Below the pieces are notes generated by a model, which saw nothing but the letters and a program-made list of their open reading frames with translations, ran no database searches and had not been told where the DNA came from. A stretch of 43,299 nucleotides of DNA from Nitrospirota bacterium (GTDB taxonomy: Bacteria > Nitrospirota > Thermodesulfovibrionia > Thermodesulfovibrionales > SM23-35), in assembly GCA_013388605.1 (NCBI GenBank), contig JACAEY010000087.1:1-43299 (forward strand), given 5' to 3'. Positions 1 to 10,160 of this stretch are shown piece after piece; the first letter of the stretch is position 1; the number at the start of each line of letters is the position of its first letter. Position numbers and translations under genes: made by a program.

Positions 1-159
1 AAAGTTCTGGCAACTGTTGCGGATACTGGAAAAGCAAAAAAGGTTCTTGTATATAAACAGAAAACAAGGAAATCTAGTAGAAAACTAAGAGGACACAGAC
101 AGCCTTATATATCGTTAAGAATTAAAGAGATTATTTTGGGAGGAACATATGGCACATAA
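1..159 (+). CDS. rplU: 50S ribosomal protein bL21, 3' end (5' partial at window edge)
   Basis: Frame +1 is open from the window edge (...[32 protein letters not shown]...), with stop TAA at 157-159. It carries the GHRQ.Y C-terminal signature of bL21. The order rplU-rpmA-obg is canonical. It overlaps the rpmA ATG by 11 nt. Confidence 0.85.
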   Translation, partial: KVLATVADTGKAKKVLVYKQKTRKSSRKLRGHRQPYISLRIKEIILGGTYGT

Positions 160-421
160 AAAAGGGGTTGGCAGTTCAAGAAATGGGCGTGATAGCGAAT
201 CAAAACGTCTCGGGGTAAAGAGATTTGGTGGTGAGTTTGTTCGTGCAGGAAATATCCTTGTGAGACAAAGGGGTACAAAGTTTCATCCTGGAATGAATGT
301 TGGTAAAGGATCAGATGATACCCTTTTTGCTAAGATTGATGGCATCGTGAGTTTCGAAAGGAAAGACAGATCGAGATTAAGGATAAGTGTATATCCGTTT
401 GAGAGACCGATTACTCAATAG
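149..421 (+). CDS. rpmA: 50S ribosomal protein bL27
   Basis: 90 aa. [56 protein letters not shown] is the bL27 signature. GGAGG lies upstream of the ATG. Confidence 0.97.
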   Translation: MAHKKGVGSSRNGRDSESKRLGVKRFGGEFVRAGNILVRQRGTKFHPGMNVGKGSDDTLFAKIDGIVSFERKDRSRLRISVYPFERPITQ

Positions 422-448
422 ATAAATTGATTTTTATTGGGTTATAAA

Positions 449-472
449 GGCGGGTGAATCCCGCCTTTTTTA
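449..472 (+). terminator. Rho-independent terminator/attenuator between rpmA and obg
   Basis: GGCGGG (449-454), loop TGAAT, CCCGCC (460-465), followed by a T7 run (466-472). Confidence 0.6.
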
Positions 473-504
473 TTAGAAATAGAGAATTGTATTGTCAATT
501 CATC

Positions 505-1509
505 ATGCAATTTGTTGACTATGTTAAAATTCATGTGAAGGCAGGAGATGGAGGGAAGGGATGTATTAGCTTCAGAAGGGAAAAGTATGTGCCAAGAGGT
601 GGTCCAGATGGAGGGGACGGAGGAAGGGGTGGACACATAATTATAAAGGCGACTGAACGACTAAATACCCTTCTTGATCAAAAATATAGAAAAGAATATA
701 AGGCTGAAAGAGGTAAAAATGGAAAGGGTAAAAGAATGGACGGTGAAAATGGCAAAGACTTGATAATATATGTACCAGTTGGCACGATAATAAAAAATGC
801 AGTTGCAGGTGAGATAATAGCAGATCTTGATTCAGACGGCAGAATCTGTCTTATAGCTAAAGGAGGGAAAGGGGGTCTTGGTAATGCCCATTTTGTCACA
901 CCTGTAAGACAGGCCCCAAGATTTACTAAGCCCCCAGAGAAAGGTGAAGAAAAATGGCTAATACTTGAGTTAAAACTATTTGCTGATGTGGGATTGATAG
1001 GGCTTCCAAATGCAGGCAAGTCGACGCTAATATCAGTTATTTCTTCTGCTAAACCTAAGATCGCTGATTATCCTTTTACAACTCTTGTTCCAAATCTTGG
1101 GGTAGTTAAATTGAGTGATTTCAAAAGTTTTGTTGTTGCAGATATACCTGGTCTGATAGAAGGAGCCCATATGGGAGCTGGACTTGGATTCCAGTTTCTA
1201 AGACATATTGAAAGGACGTCTATACTTTTGCATTTAGTTGATATATCCTATATGTCAGAAGGAGACCCTGTAGATAATTTTCATAAGATCAACAGAGAAA
1301 TAGGATTATATAACCCCTTGCTTCTTGAGAAAAAACAAACAGTTGTTGGCACAAAACTTGATATCGCAGATAAAAAGATACTTGATAGACTTAAGGAATA
1401 TTGTAAAACTAATGCCATAACCTTCTTTGCTATATCAGCAGTTACAGGTCAGGGGATCAAAAAACTACTGGCATTTCTTGCAGAGAAAATTGAGGAAAAA
1501 AAATATTAA
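505..1509 (+). CDS. obg: GTPase Obg/CgtA
   Basis: MQFVDYVKIHVKAGDGGKGCISFRREKYVPRGGPDGGDGGRGG is the Obg fold. G1 is GLPNAGKST and G3 is DIPGLIEGA. I chose the ATG at 505 because the track start at 454 lies inside the rpmA terminator hairpin. Confidence 0.95.
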   Translation: MQFVDYVKIHVKAGDGGKGCISFRREKYVPRGGPDGGDGGRGGHIIIKATERLNTLLDQKYRKEYKAERGKNGKGKRMDGENGKDLIIYVPVGTIIKNAVAGEIIADLDSDGRICLIAKGGKGGLGNAHFVTPVRQAPRFTKPPEKGEEKWLILELKLFADVGLIGLPNAGKSTLISVISSAKPKIADYPFTTLVPNLGVVKLSDFKSFVVADIPGLIEGAHMGAGLGFQFLRHIERTSILLHLVDISYMSEGDPVDNFHKINREIGLYNPLLLEKKQTVVGTKLDIADKKILDRLKEYCKTNAITFFAISAVTGQGIKKLLAFLAEKIEEKKY

Positions 1510-1512
1510 AAA

Positions 1513-2610
1513 ATGAAAAGGATTGTTGTAAAAATAGGAAGTAATATTCTTGCTGATTCAAAAGAAGGTCTGAATACAAAGCGCATCTATTCAATCGCGA
1601 AAGATATATCACTTCTTAAAGAAAATAATTATGATGTTGTTATAGTTTCGTCAGGGGCTATTGCAGCAGGTATGAAAAAGCTCGATTTAAAGGAAAAGCC
1701 GAGAGATATAAAATTGAAACAGGCATCGGCGGCGATCGGACAGTCAAGTCTCATGTGGGCATATGAAAAAAGCTTCATAGATTTCAATAAAAAGGTTGCG
1801 CAGGTGCTTCTTACAGGAGATGATTTTTCTGATAGAAAGAGATACATAAACTCAAAAAATACACTTACAACACTTCTTTCCTATGGAGTAATCCCTATTG
1901 TGAATGAGAATGATACAGTTGCAACAGATGAGATTAAGTTCGGAGACAATGACAATCTTGCTGCACTTGTTGCGAACCTTGTTGAAGCTGAAAGATTGAT
2001 AATATTATCAGATGTTGACGGTCTTTATACAGAAGATCCAAAGACACATCCAGAAGCACGAGTTATCGAATCTGTTAAAGAGATTACACCTGAGTTAGAG
2101 GCAAAGGCAAAAGGTTCAGGAAGTGCAGTTGGAACAGGAGGTATGTATTCAAAATTACTTGCAACTAAAAAGGCTTTAAGTTATGGTATCACGGTTCATA
2201 TTATAAATGGGAAAAAAGAAGGCCTCCTACATTCTCTTTTGAGTGGTAAACATATTGGAACGATATTTATTCCCAAAAAAGAGAGAATCTCTTCAAAAAA
2301 AGGATGGATTGCTTATAGTACCCGCATAAAAGGGAATATCTTTATTGATGATGGAGCAGTGAAAGCAATTATTTATGGTGGGAAAAGTCTTCTCCCTTCA
2401 GGAATTATATCTGTTGAAGGATATTTTGATATAGGTGATGCAGTTTTATGTATTGATTCAAAGGGAAACCGCATTGCAAAGGGACTAACAAACTATTCAT
2501 TTTCTGAGATTGAGAGGATCAAAGGTAAAAAAACTTCTGAAATAGAAAAGATTCTCGGATATAAATACTCTGATGAAGTCATACACAGGGATAATCTGGT
2601 CTTGGTGTAG
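1513..2610 (+). CDS. proB: Glutamate 5-kinase with C-terminal PUA domain
   Basis: 365 aa with an amino-acid kinase fold (VVKIGSN..., VSSGAIAAG, ENDTVATDEIKFGDNDNLAALVA). The C-terminal PUA-like segment is typical of ProB. Confidence 0.95.
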   Translation: MKRIVVKIGSNILADSKEGLNTKRIYSIAKDISLLKENNYDVVIVSSGAIAAGMKKLDLKEKPRDIKLKQASAAIGQSSLMWAYEKSFIDFNKKVAQVLLTGDDFSDRKRYINSKNTLTTLLSYGVIPIVNENDTVATDEIKFGDNDNLAALVANLVEAERLIILSDVDGLYTEDPKTHPEARVIESVKEITPELEAKAKGSGSAVGTGGMYSKLLATKKALSYGITVHIINGKKEGLLHSLLSGKHIGTIFIPKKERISSKKGWIAYSTRIKGNIFIDDGAVKAIIYGGKSLLPSGIISVEGYFDIGDAVLCIDSKGNRIAKGLTNYSFSEIERIKGKKTSEIEKILGYKYSDEVIHRDNLVLV

Positions 2611-2630
2611 ATTTAAAATTCATATATAGT

Positions 2631-2759
2631 CACATCTGTCCAAAATAATACTTCGTGCTCTTAGAAAGACAGGTATGAGAACCGATTTTAGAAGCAAAAT
2701 CACGGGTAACCTCGATTAGACCGGAGTCGAAGCAATATAGAATATTTTGGACTGCAATG
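2631..2759. mobile_element. MITE-like nonautonomous element, copy 1 (129 bp, 5'-CA...TG-3' termini, imperfect TIRs)
   Basis: Flanked by a perfect 9-bp direct repeat ATATATAGT (2622-2630 and 2760-2768). Left end is CACATCTGTCCAAAATAATA; the right end reverse-complemented is CATTGCAGTCCAAAATATTCT. It has no coding capacity. The ends are shared with the copy at 11513-11635. Confidence 0.55.
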
Positions 2760-2815
2760 ATATATAGTAAGATTTGAGAACAATAATTACATCTTTATCA
2801 TTTAATCATAAGCTT

Positions 2816-3343
2816 TCATTTTTTAACCAACATTTTCTTCAATATCTCTCTTGCCTTTAAAAATAGATCAATATGTGTTTTATCCTGATAATCCCTATAT
2901 GTAAAAAGGTGTGGTCTGTATGTGTAGTCCTTGTATATAAGGGTAACCTCGGCATAAATACCTTTGCCGAGATATATTCGATGGGCATAGTTCTTTGTAG
3001 ATGCAAGGACCACCTTTGATAAGGTGAGATAACCGGGGTCAAGATTGATGTTTCTTTTACCTTCAGTAGAAAGAGAGGCTTCAATTTCATTTGTCTTAAG
3101 TTTTATATCTGCAAGCAATCCGGGATCAATAAGGCTCTTAAAGAAGATAAACTGTCTCTGTAATGGCCATCCGATTTCGTCTTTATAGTATGTAGAATAA
3201 TCCCATTGAAAAGTAGGGCTAATTAACAAGATTTCTCCAAAAATATTTTTGAGTATTTCTTTTGAGTGGTAGAAAGTATTACTATTGCTGTATATGGTGC
3301 TTATAAAAGGGAGTACTAGTTCAGGTTTTCTGATTACACCCAC
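2816..3343 (-). CDS. DUF4416-like protein
   Basis: 175 aa with a GTG start 2 nt after the upstream stop. The motifs ...NLDPGYLTLSKVVLASTKNYAHRIYLGKGIYAEVTL... match my recollection of the DUF4416 family. Confidence 0.65.
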   Translation of the reverse strand: MGVIRKPELVLPFISTIYSNSNTFYHSKEILKNIFGEILLISPTFQWDYSTYYKDEIGWPLQRQFIFFKSLIDPGLLADIKLKTNEIEASLSTEGKRNINLDPGYLTLSKVVLASTKNYAHRIYLGKGIYAEVTLIYKDYTYRPHLFTYRDYQDKTHIDLFLKAREILKKMLVKK

Positions 3344-3345
3344 TG

Positions 3346-3870
3346 CTACTCATTAATAAGTTTTGTTAACACATCGATAACATATGGAGAGTCCCACTCA
3401 GAAGGACCTACTACTTTATTTCTCAATATCCCTTTCTTATCAATTATGAATGTCTCAGGAACTCCAGTTACACCAAATTTTTCTGCTGCGGATCCATCAG
3501 GGTCAATATACACAGGGAATGTATAGTTCATCTCTTTCATATAACTGTTTACCCTGTTTATGTCATCATTATATAATATAGTCACCATTTTGAATTCTGA
3601 ATTTCTTGCCAAATTTCTCGACAATCTATCTATTGATGGTAATTCATCAATGCAGGGAGGACACCATGTAGCCCAGAAGTTAACAAAAATTACCGAGCCC
3701 CTTAAATCAGAGAGGTTCATCTTATTATTCTTAAAATCAGTCAGTTCAATATTTGGTGTTGGAAACCCAATTTTTGTTTTAGTCTGAGGATGTTGATTTT
3801 TTATGAAAAAATACAAAATAAAAGTGCCAATAAAAATTAATATTATAAGAATGACAGTTTTGCTTTTCAA
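3346..3870 (-). CDS. TlpA/ResA-like thiol:disulfide oxidoreductase, membrane anchored
   Basis: 174 aa with an N-terminal TM helix and a thioredoxin fold carrying FWATWCPPC. The start appears to be TTG. Confidence 0.85.
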   Translation of the reverse strand: MKSKTVILIILIFIGTFILYFFIKNQHPQTKTKIGFPTPNIELTDFKNNKMNLSDLRGSVIFVNFWATWCPPCIDELPSIDRLSRNLARNSEFKMVTILYNDDINRVNSYMKEMNYTFPVYIDPDGSAAEKFGVTGVPETFIIDKKGILRNKVVGPSEWDSPYVIDVLTKLINE

Positions 3871-3900
3871 ATCTCGGAATTTACAGCTTGATTTAAAGAT

Positions 3901-6342
3901 TTAATTAACACCAGAAAGAATCGCAGATTCCTCAGAAGCAATGAATGTGGGAGTATCACCTTCAAGAATTACCTTTATCTTATGTAAACCCCTGAATCTT
4001 CCTCTGAGAATTTCTTCTGATAGAGGATCTTCTATTACTTTTTGTACTGCCCTCCGCATTGGTCTTGCACCATAGGTAGGCTGGTAATAATGTTTCAGTA
4101 TCCATTCCTTAACTTCCTGAGATACCTCTATAACGAGCTCCCTTTCAATAAGCATCTTATTTGTTTCTTCAACAAGCAGATCAATAATAGAGAGCAGATG
4201 TTCTTTTTCAAGAGGATGGAAAACAACTATTTCATCAACACGGTTTAGAAATTCAGGATTAAATGTCTTCTTAAGCTCACTAAGTACATTTTCTTTTATT
4301 TTTTCATATACAATTCCAGAGGCATCTCTCTGGAACCCTAATGGAGTTGCTTTTTCAATGAGCCTCGCACCTAAATTTGATGTCATTATAATTAGGGTAT
4401 TTTTGAAATCTACTTTTCTTCCAAAACTATCTGTGAGAACACCTTCATCAAGTACTTGCAAAAGTATATTGAAGACATCTGGATGTGCCTTTTCTATTTC
4501 ATCAAAAAGCACAACCGAGTAAGGTTTTTTTCTTATTCTCTCTGTAAGCTGTCCACCTTCTTCGTACCCAACGTATCCTGGAGGTGCACCTGTAAGTCGT
4601 GAAACATTAAATCTCTCCATATATTCAGACATATCTATTTTTACAAGTGAACTTTCATCATTGAACATAAACCATGCTAGTGCCTTTGCAAGTTCTGTTT
4701 TACCTACACCTGTCGGACCAAGGAAAAAGAAGGAACCTATAGGTTTTTTACTTGACTTTAATCCTGCTCGTGACCGTCTTATTGCTCTTGATACTGCCTT
4801 AATAGCTTCATCCTGAGCTATGATTCTTTTATGGAGCTCTTCTTCCATTCGTATAAGTTTTTCAGATTCTTTTTCTTCTAATTTGGCAAGAGGTATGCCA
4901 GTAATCTTTGAGACAGTGTATGCAATATCTTCTTCGACAATAGAAGGTATTTCTTTGTTGAGATTATCTCTCCACTGTTTATATAGCTGGTCATGAATCT
5001 TTTTGAGTTTTTCTTCCTCGAGACGAATGGAGGATGCCCGTTCAAGATCATGAAGTTTTATGTAAAGATTTTTCTCCTTAGATATCCTCTGTATCTCAGC
5101 CTCAAGTTCTTTAAGTTCGCGGGGAGGACTATATCTTTTGAGCTTAATTCTTGATCCAGTTTCATCTATCACATCTATTGCTTTATCAGGGAGATATCTG
5201 TCAGAGATATATCTATCTGATAGCCTTGCTGCAGAATCTATTGCTTCGTCAGTTATTTTAACTTTGTGATGACTCTCGTATCTTGGACGCAATCCTTTTA
5301 AGATGTTGATTGTACTTTCAACATCAGGAGGTTGAATATTGACAGGTTGGAACCTTCTTTCAAGTGCACCGTCTTTTTCTATATACTTTCTGTACTCATC
5401 AGGCGTTGTTGCTCCTATGCACTGTATTTCTCCACGTGAAAGAGCAGGTTTCAGCATACTTGATGCGTCAACAGAACCCTCAGCAGCACCAGCACCTATC
5501 AGTGTATGTAACTCGTCAATAAATAAGATTACATTGTCAGACTGGATGATCTCTTTCATTACAATCTTGAGTCTTTCTTCAAATTGTCCTCTGTATTTTG
5601 TGCCAGCGATAAGTGCACCAAGGTCAAGTGAAACTATGCGTTTTCCTAATAAGCTATCAGGCACTTCTCCTAAGACGATCTTCTGAGCAAGCCCTTCTAC
5701 AATAGCTGTCTTCCCAACGCCGGGTTCACCTATTATTGCCGGGTTATTTTTAATGCGTCTGCCCAGTATCTGTATAAGGCGCTCTATTTCATCTTCTCTA
5801 TCAATAACGGGGTCAAGTTTTCCTTCCCTTGCCATTTGCGTGAGGTCTCTTCCAAACTCATCAAGTGCAGGTGTTGTACTTCTTTTTTCTCTTACGCTTG
5901 TATGTGTTCTTATAGAAAAATTTATTGTAAGCTGTCTTGCTCCAAGAAGGTTTGCACCAAGGTTGCGTAGTATCTTTCCACCAATTCCTTCTTCTTCTCT
6001 TATCAGACCAAGTAAGATATGTTCGCTCCCAATATAGTTGTGGCCGAGTAGACGCGCTTCTTCTACAGCTAATTCCAGAACTTTTTTAGCACGTGGGGTG
6101 AATGGAATATCATCAAATGTCATAAGGTCAGTACCTTGAGGGAGGTTCCTTTCGACCTCCATGCGGACTTCTTCACGGGTAATACCCATTCGTTTAAGTA
6201 TTGCTACAGGCAGGCCATCTTCTTCTCTCAGGATTGCGAGTAAAAGGTGTTCTGTGCCAAGGTAATCATTCTGGCGTTTTTCAGCCTCTTCCTTAGCATA
6301 AATGATTACTTTTCTTCCTCTTTCTGTAAACTTCTCAAACAT
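3901..6342 (-). CDS. clpC: ATP-dependent Clp protease ATP-binding subunit ClpC-type (class I AAA+)
   Basis: 813 aa. It has Clp_N repeats ([20 protein letters not shown]), two Walker A motifs ([16 protein letters not shown]) and a short coiled-coil linker of ClpC rather than ClpB length. Confidence 0.9.
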   Translation of the reverse strand: MFEKFTERGRKVIIYAKEEAEKRQNDYLGTEHLLLAILREEDGLPVAILKRMGITREEVRMEVERNLPQGTDLMTFDDIPFTPRAKKVLELAVEEARLLGHNYIGSEHILLGLIREEEGIGGKILRNLGANLLGARQLTINFSIRTHTSVREKRSTTPALDEFGRDLTQMAREGKLDPVIDREDEIERLIQILGRRIKNNPAIIGEPGVGKTAIVEGLAQKIVLGEVPDSLLGKRIVSLDLGALIAGTKYRGQFEERLKIVMKEIIQSDNVILFIDELHTLIGAGAAEGSVDASSMLKPALSRGEIQCIGATTPDEYRKYIEKDGALERRFQPVNIQPPDVESTINILKGLRPRYESHHKVKITDEAIDSAARLSDRYISDRYLPDKAIDVIDETGSRIKLKRYSPPRELKELEAEIQRISKEKNLYIKLHDLERASSIRLEEEKLKKIHDQLYKQWRDNLNKEIPSIVEEDIAYTVSKITGIPLAKLEEKESEKLIRMEEELHKRIIAQDEAIKAVSRAIRRSRAGLKSSKKPIGSFFFLGPTGVGKTELAKALAWFMFNDESSLVKIDMSEYMERFNVSRLTGAPPGYVGYEEGGQLTERIRKKPYSVVLFDEIEKAHPDVFNILLQVLDEGVLTDSFGRKVDFKNTLIIMTSNLGARLIEKATPLGFQRDASGIVYEKIKENVLSELKKTFNPEFLNRVDEIVVFHPLEKEHLLSIIDLLVEETNKMLIERELVIEVSQEVKEWILKHYYQPTYGARPMRRAVQKVIEDPLSEEILRGRFRGLHKIKVILEGDTPTFIASEESAILSGVN

Positions 6343-6393
6343 GCTTTTATTCCAGAATCTTAGCTTTAGAGTAATACTTTTTCAGAAATAAAG

Positions 6394-6816
6394 TCAATAT
6401 GCCCCTTGAATTTCAATATAAGAGAAGAAAAAAGGTATTTCAAAAGAGGCTGACTCTTTTGAGTCTGAACCATGGACAATATTGTGTTCTATATCTGAGC
6501 CAAAGTCAGCCCTGATTGTTCCAGGAGCTGCATCTTTAGGATTTGTTGCTCCCATAATTTCCCTTACTTTTGATATTGCTTTCTCACCTTCAATTACTAT
6601 GACAACAATTGGTCCTTCAGATAAAAAACTTGTAAGGCTATCATAAAATGGCTTGTCTTTATGCACAATATAAAAATTCATAGCATCTTTTTTTGAAATT
6701 TTTAACATTTTAAGTGCCACAATTCTAAGATCGTTCTGTTCGAACTTTCGGATAATGTCACCAATAAGATTCTTTTTTACACCATCTGGTTTTATAATTG
6801 ATAAAGTTCGTTCCAT
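6394..6816 (-). CDS. ndk: Nucleoside diphosphate kinase
   Basis: 140 aa with [11 protein letters not shown] and the active-site NIVHGSDS. The SD is GGAGG-CTAA-ATG. Confidence 0.95.
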   Translation of the reverse strand: MERTLSIIKPDGVKKNLIGDIIRKFEQNDLRIVALKMLKISKKDAMNFYIVHKDKPFYDSLTSFLSEGPIVVIVIEGEKAISKVREIMGATNPKDAAPGTIRADFGSDIEHNIVHGSDSKESASFEIPFFFSYIEIQGAY

Positions 6817-6860
6817 TTAGCCTCCATATATTCTTGAGTTTACCTTAAGAATTATTAATG

Positions 6861-7787
6861 CTATATAGATAACTTTTTTATTAATTTTCTGACAGATTTA
6901 CATGATTTCTTGAATTGAGCCTTTTCTTCCTTTGTAAGTTTTATCTCTACAACCTTTTCTACGCCACCCTTACCAAGTATAACAGGAACGCCCATATAGA
7001 GATCTTTTATACCATATTCTCCATTCAAGTATGCTGCACACGGTAATAACCTCTTTTCATCAAGGAGAATCGATTTGACCATATGAAATATTGATGCTGA
7101 TGGGGCATAATAAGCACTTCCAGATTTCAATAAAGAGACTATTTCTGCACCACCATTTCTTGTTCTTTCAATGAGTGCTTCAATTTTTTTCTTTGGTAGA
7201 AGCTCTGTTATAGGAATTCCTTTAACCGTTGTGAATCTTGAAAGTGGAACCATTTCATCACCATGTCCACCAAGTACAATTGTTTCAATATCTTCAGGTG
7301 AAATATCCAATTCCAAGGAGAGAAATGCTGTAAGCCTGGAAGAATCAAGTATCCCTCCCATGCCGATAACACGTTTACAAGAAAACTCTGTGATCTTCCA
7401 AGCAAGCTGTGCCATAACATCCATAGGGTTAGTGACCACGATAATGATAGAATTTGGGGAGGTCTTTGCAACCTCTGAACATACTTCTTTTATTATGCTG
7501 GCATTTGCTTGTAGGAGATCGCTTCGTGACATCCCGGGTTTTCTCGCCAGACCTGCAGTAATTACAACTATATCAGAATCTGATGTATCAGAAAATATAT
7601 TTGTACCTCTAATTTTTGAAGGTGAGTCCCAGAGCGGACATGCCTCTGCAAGGTCGAGTGCTTTTCCTTGAGGTAATCCTTCAATGATATCAAAAAGAAC
7701 TACATCTGCAATTCCAGATTGTACGACAAACTGTGCAGCGGTTGCTCCAACATTTCCAGCACCTATAATAGAAATCTTTTTTCTCAT
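6861..7787 (-). CDS. mdh: Malate dehydrogenase (LDH-like, NAD-dependent)
   Basis: 308 aa with the Rossmann motif KISIIGAGNVG, plus VVITAGLARKPGMSRSDL and GGHGDEMVP. An ATGA overlap with the upstream gene suggests translational coupling. Confidence 0.9.
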   Translation of the reverse strand: MRKKISIIGAGNVGATAAQFVVQSGIADVVLFDIIEGLPQGKALDLAEACPLWDSPSKIRGTNIFSDTSDSDIVVITAGLARKPGMSRSDLLQANASIIKEVCSEVAKTSPNSIIIVVTNPMDVMAQLAWKITEFSCKRVIGMGGILDSSRLTAFLSLELDISPEDIETIVLGGHGDEMVPLSRFTTVKGIPITELLPKKKIEALIERTRNGGAEIVSLLKSGSAYYAPSASIFHMVKSILLDEKRLLPCAAYLNGEYGIKDLYMGVPVILGKGGVEKVVEIKLTKEEKAQFKKSCKSVRKLIKKLSI

Positions 7788-9067
7788 TGCATTGTCTCCA
7801 GTTTTACTTTTGCAATTCTTTGACCAACCATCTCAAGTATTGTAATTCTTTTCCCCTCTATCTCAACAACGTCTCCAATTTTGGGAATTCTCTGCAGGGT
7901 TGTCAATAAAAAACCACTTAGGGTTTCATATTCAGTAGATTCAGGGATCTCTAATTCATGATCTTCTTTTAAGTCTCTTATGCTTATGGATGCATCTATA
8001 CGGAATACCCCTTCACTGATTTGTATAACTGGACTTTCTATATCGTATTCATCCCTAATTTCTCCTACAATCTCTTCAAGGAGGTCCTCCATAGTTACAA
8101 GACCCGAGACCCCGCCATATTCATCAATTACTAAAGCCATATGTATCCTCTTTCTCTGCATCTCTCTTAAGAGGTTGCTGATCTTCATTGTTTCGGGTAT
8201 AAAAAAAGGGGGTTTTATAAGTTTTCTTATATCTGCTTCGCCTTTGGAGATAGCAGTGAGAAAATCTTTTGCGTAAAGAATACCACGAATATCATTTATG
8301 TCTTTACCTATGACAGGATAACGAGAAAATTGTTCTTCTGCAATTATATTTTTAATTTCATCTGAAGACATACCGAGATTTATTGTTACCATCTGTATTG
8401 AAGGCACCATGACTTCCCTTGCTGACATGTCAGTAAATTCGAAAACACTGTGTATAAGTTCTTTTTCATCTGCTCCAAAAATTCCCCTTTCTTTACCTTC
8501 TTCTAAAAGTAGTTTAATTTCTTCTTCTGAGATATATCCTCTTTCACTAAATGCCCTTTTACCGAAAGGTCTTAATAAAATATTAGTACTTATCCTCAGA
8601 ATCTGAACAAAAGGCATTGCTATTTTAGAAAATTTTTCCATTGTAGGCGCTATCATTAACCCAACAGATTCTGGATTAGAAAGCGCAATCGATTTTGGAA
8701 TGAGTTCTCCGAAGACGATAAAAAAATATGTAATGATTGAAGCCACGATTATTATTGATAATGCTTCACTTGAGGTGTATATGAAAGGTATAGGTATATT
8801 CATGAGGAGATGTTTTAAAGCATCAACAACGGTAGCACCACCTATAGCAGATGCAAGTACAGCTACAAGTGTAATCCCAATCTGAATAGTTGCAAGAAAT
8901 CTATTGGGTTCCTCTCTCAGTTTGTTAAGAATAACTGCCCTTCTGTTTCCAGATTCAATTAGTTGTTTAATGCGGCTTCTTCTAAGCGTGACAACTGCAA
9001 TCTCAGCAGCAGCAAAAATAGCATTTAAAAAAATAAAAATTATAATTAGAATAGTCTCAGGCCACAT
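7784..9067 (-). CDS. DUF21/CNNM-CBS-CorC_HlyC family membrane protein (hemolysin-like / putative Mg/Co efflux)
   Basis: 427 aa. The N-terminal part has 4 TM helices, followed by a CBS pair and a C-terminal CorC_HlyC-like transporter-associated domain. Confidence 0.85.
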   Translation of the reverse strand: MWPETILIIIFIFLNAIFAAAEIAVVTLRRSRIKQLIESGNRRAVILNKLREEPNRFLATIQIGITLVAVLASAIGGATVVDALKHLLMNIPIPFIYTSSEALSIIIVASIITYFFIVFGELIPKSIALSNPESVGLMIAPTMEKFSKIAMPFVQILRISTNILLRPFGKRAFSERGYISEEEIKLLLEEGKERGIFGADEKELIHSVFEFTDMSAREVMVPSIQMVTINLGMSSDEIKNIIAEEQFSRYPVIGKDINDIRGILYAKDFLTAISKGEADIRKLIKPPFFIPETMKISNLLREMQRKRIHMALVIDEYGGVSGLVTMEDLLEEIVGEIRDEYDIESPVIQISEGVFRIDASISIRDLKEDHELEIPESTEYETLSGFLLTTLQRIPKIGDVVEIEGKRITILEMVGQRIAKVKLETMQ

Positions 9068-9083
9068 AGAGGCAAAAAGAAAA

Positions 9084-10160
9084 TTATATTAATTTTTCAA
9101 TTATAGCATCAGCTACCATTGATGTTGTCGCAGCAGTTGGATCATCTGATTTAGGTTTCATGTCATATGTTACATATTTTCCTTCTTCTATAACTTTTTC
9201 AATTGCATTTTCAAGTCTTTTGGCTGCTTCTCCTTCTCCTAAATGTTTTAACATCATTACACCTGAGAGTATCATAGCAAGAGGGTTCACTTTATTCATA
9301 CCTTTGTACTTTGGAGCACTTCCATGTACAGGCTCAAATACAGCGATCTCATTACTAAGATTTGCACCAGGGGCGAGCCCGAGTCCCCCAATCAGTCCTG
9401 CTGCAAGGTCGGATATTATATCGCCATAAAGGTTAGGAAGAACGATTACATCATAAAACTCAGGTTTTTGAACGAGTTGCATGCACATATTATCAACAAT
9501 TTTGTCTTCAAACTCGATGTCATTATATCTCTTTGATACATTTCTTGCAGTATCAAGAAAAAGCCCATCAGAGTATTTCATAATATTTGCCTTATGTACT
9601 GCAGTTACTTTTTTTCTGTTATTTTTTCTTGCATAATCAAAGGCAAAACGTACAATTCTCTCTGTAGCATAAATAGATATTGGTTTAATGCTGATGCCCG
9701 AATCAGATCTGATTGTTTTTCCTGTCGAATCTATAATAAACTTGATAAGTTTATTTGTAATATCCGAGCCTTTTTCAAATTCAATACCTGCATACAGATC
9801 TTCTGTGTTTTCCCTTACTATAATGAGATCAATATTTTCAAATCTTGTCCTTGCACCTTTAAATGTTTTGCAAGGTCTGAGGCAACAGTAAAGATCAAGG
9901 GTCTGTCTGAGTGTTACATTAACGCTTCTAAAGCCTTTACCAACGGGTGTTGTAATAGGTCCCTTCAGAGCTACTTTATTCTTTTTTATAGAATCAAGAG
10001 TATCCTGTGGTAAAGGTGTTCCTTCTCTTTCAAACACTTCTTCACCTGCCTTGCAGATATCCCATTTAATGTCAACACCTGTTGCTTCTATGACCCGTTT
10101 TGTAGCTTCAGTTATTTCAGGTCCTATACCATCACCAGGTATTAAAGTAACTGCATGCAT
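9084..10160 (-). CDS. Isocitrate/isopropylmalate dehydrogenase family; most like NAD-dependent isocitrate (or homoisocitrate) dehydrogenase
   Basis: 358 aa with [46 protein letters not shown] (IDH3-like block) and [12 protein letters not shown]. It lacks the LLGAVGGPKWD block typical of LeuB. Its start overlaps the upstream stop by 1 nt. Confidence 0.7.
   Translation of the reverse strand: MHAVTLIPGDGIGPEITEATKRVIEATGVDIKWDICKAGEEVFEREGTPLPQDTLDSIKKNKVALKGPITTPVGKGFRSVNVTLRQTLDLYCCLRPCKTFKGARTRFENIDLIIVRENTEDLYAGIEFEKGSDITNKLIKFIIDSTGKTIRSDSGISIKPISIYATERIVRFAFDYARKNNRKKVTAVHKANIMKYSDGLFLDTARNVSKRYNDIEFEDKIVDNMCMQLVQKPEFYDVIVLPNLYGDIISDLAAGLIGGLGLAPGANLSNEIAVFEPVHGSAPKYKGMNKVNPLAMILSGVMMLKHLGEGEAAKRLENAIEKVIEEGKYVTYDMKPKSDDPTAATTSMVADAIIEKLI

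Noticed and set aside
454-504. N-terminal extension of obg from ATG 454
   Set aside because: The ATG lies inside the rpmA terminator hairpin. The conserved Obg N-terminus (MQFVDYVKI...) begins at 505.
5339-8276. Long antisense ORFs inside clpC, mdh and the CBS transporter (e.g. 5339-5686, 5753-6037, 7171-7671, 7980-8276); similar ones lie opposite lon, nrdJ, leuA and the IDH-like gene
   Set aside because: They lie opposite strongly supported genes, have Ser/Ile/Leu-rich low-complexity translations and have no SD. These are typical shadow ORFs.
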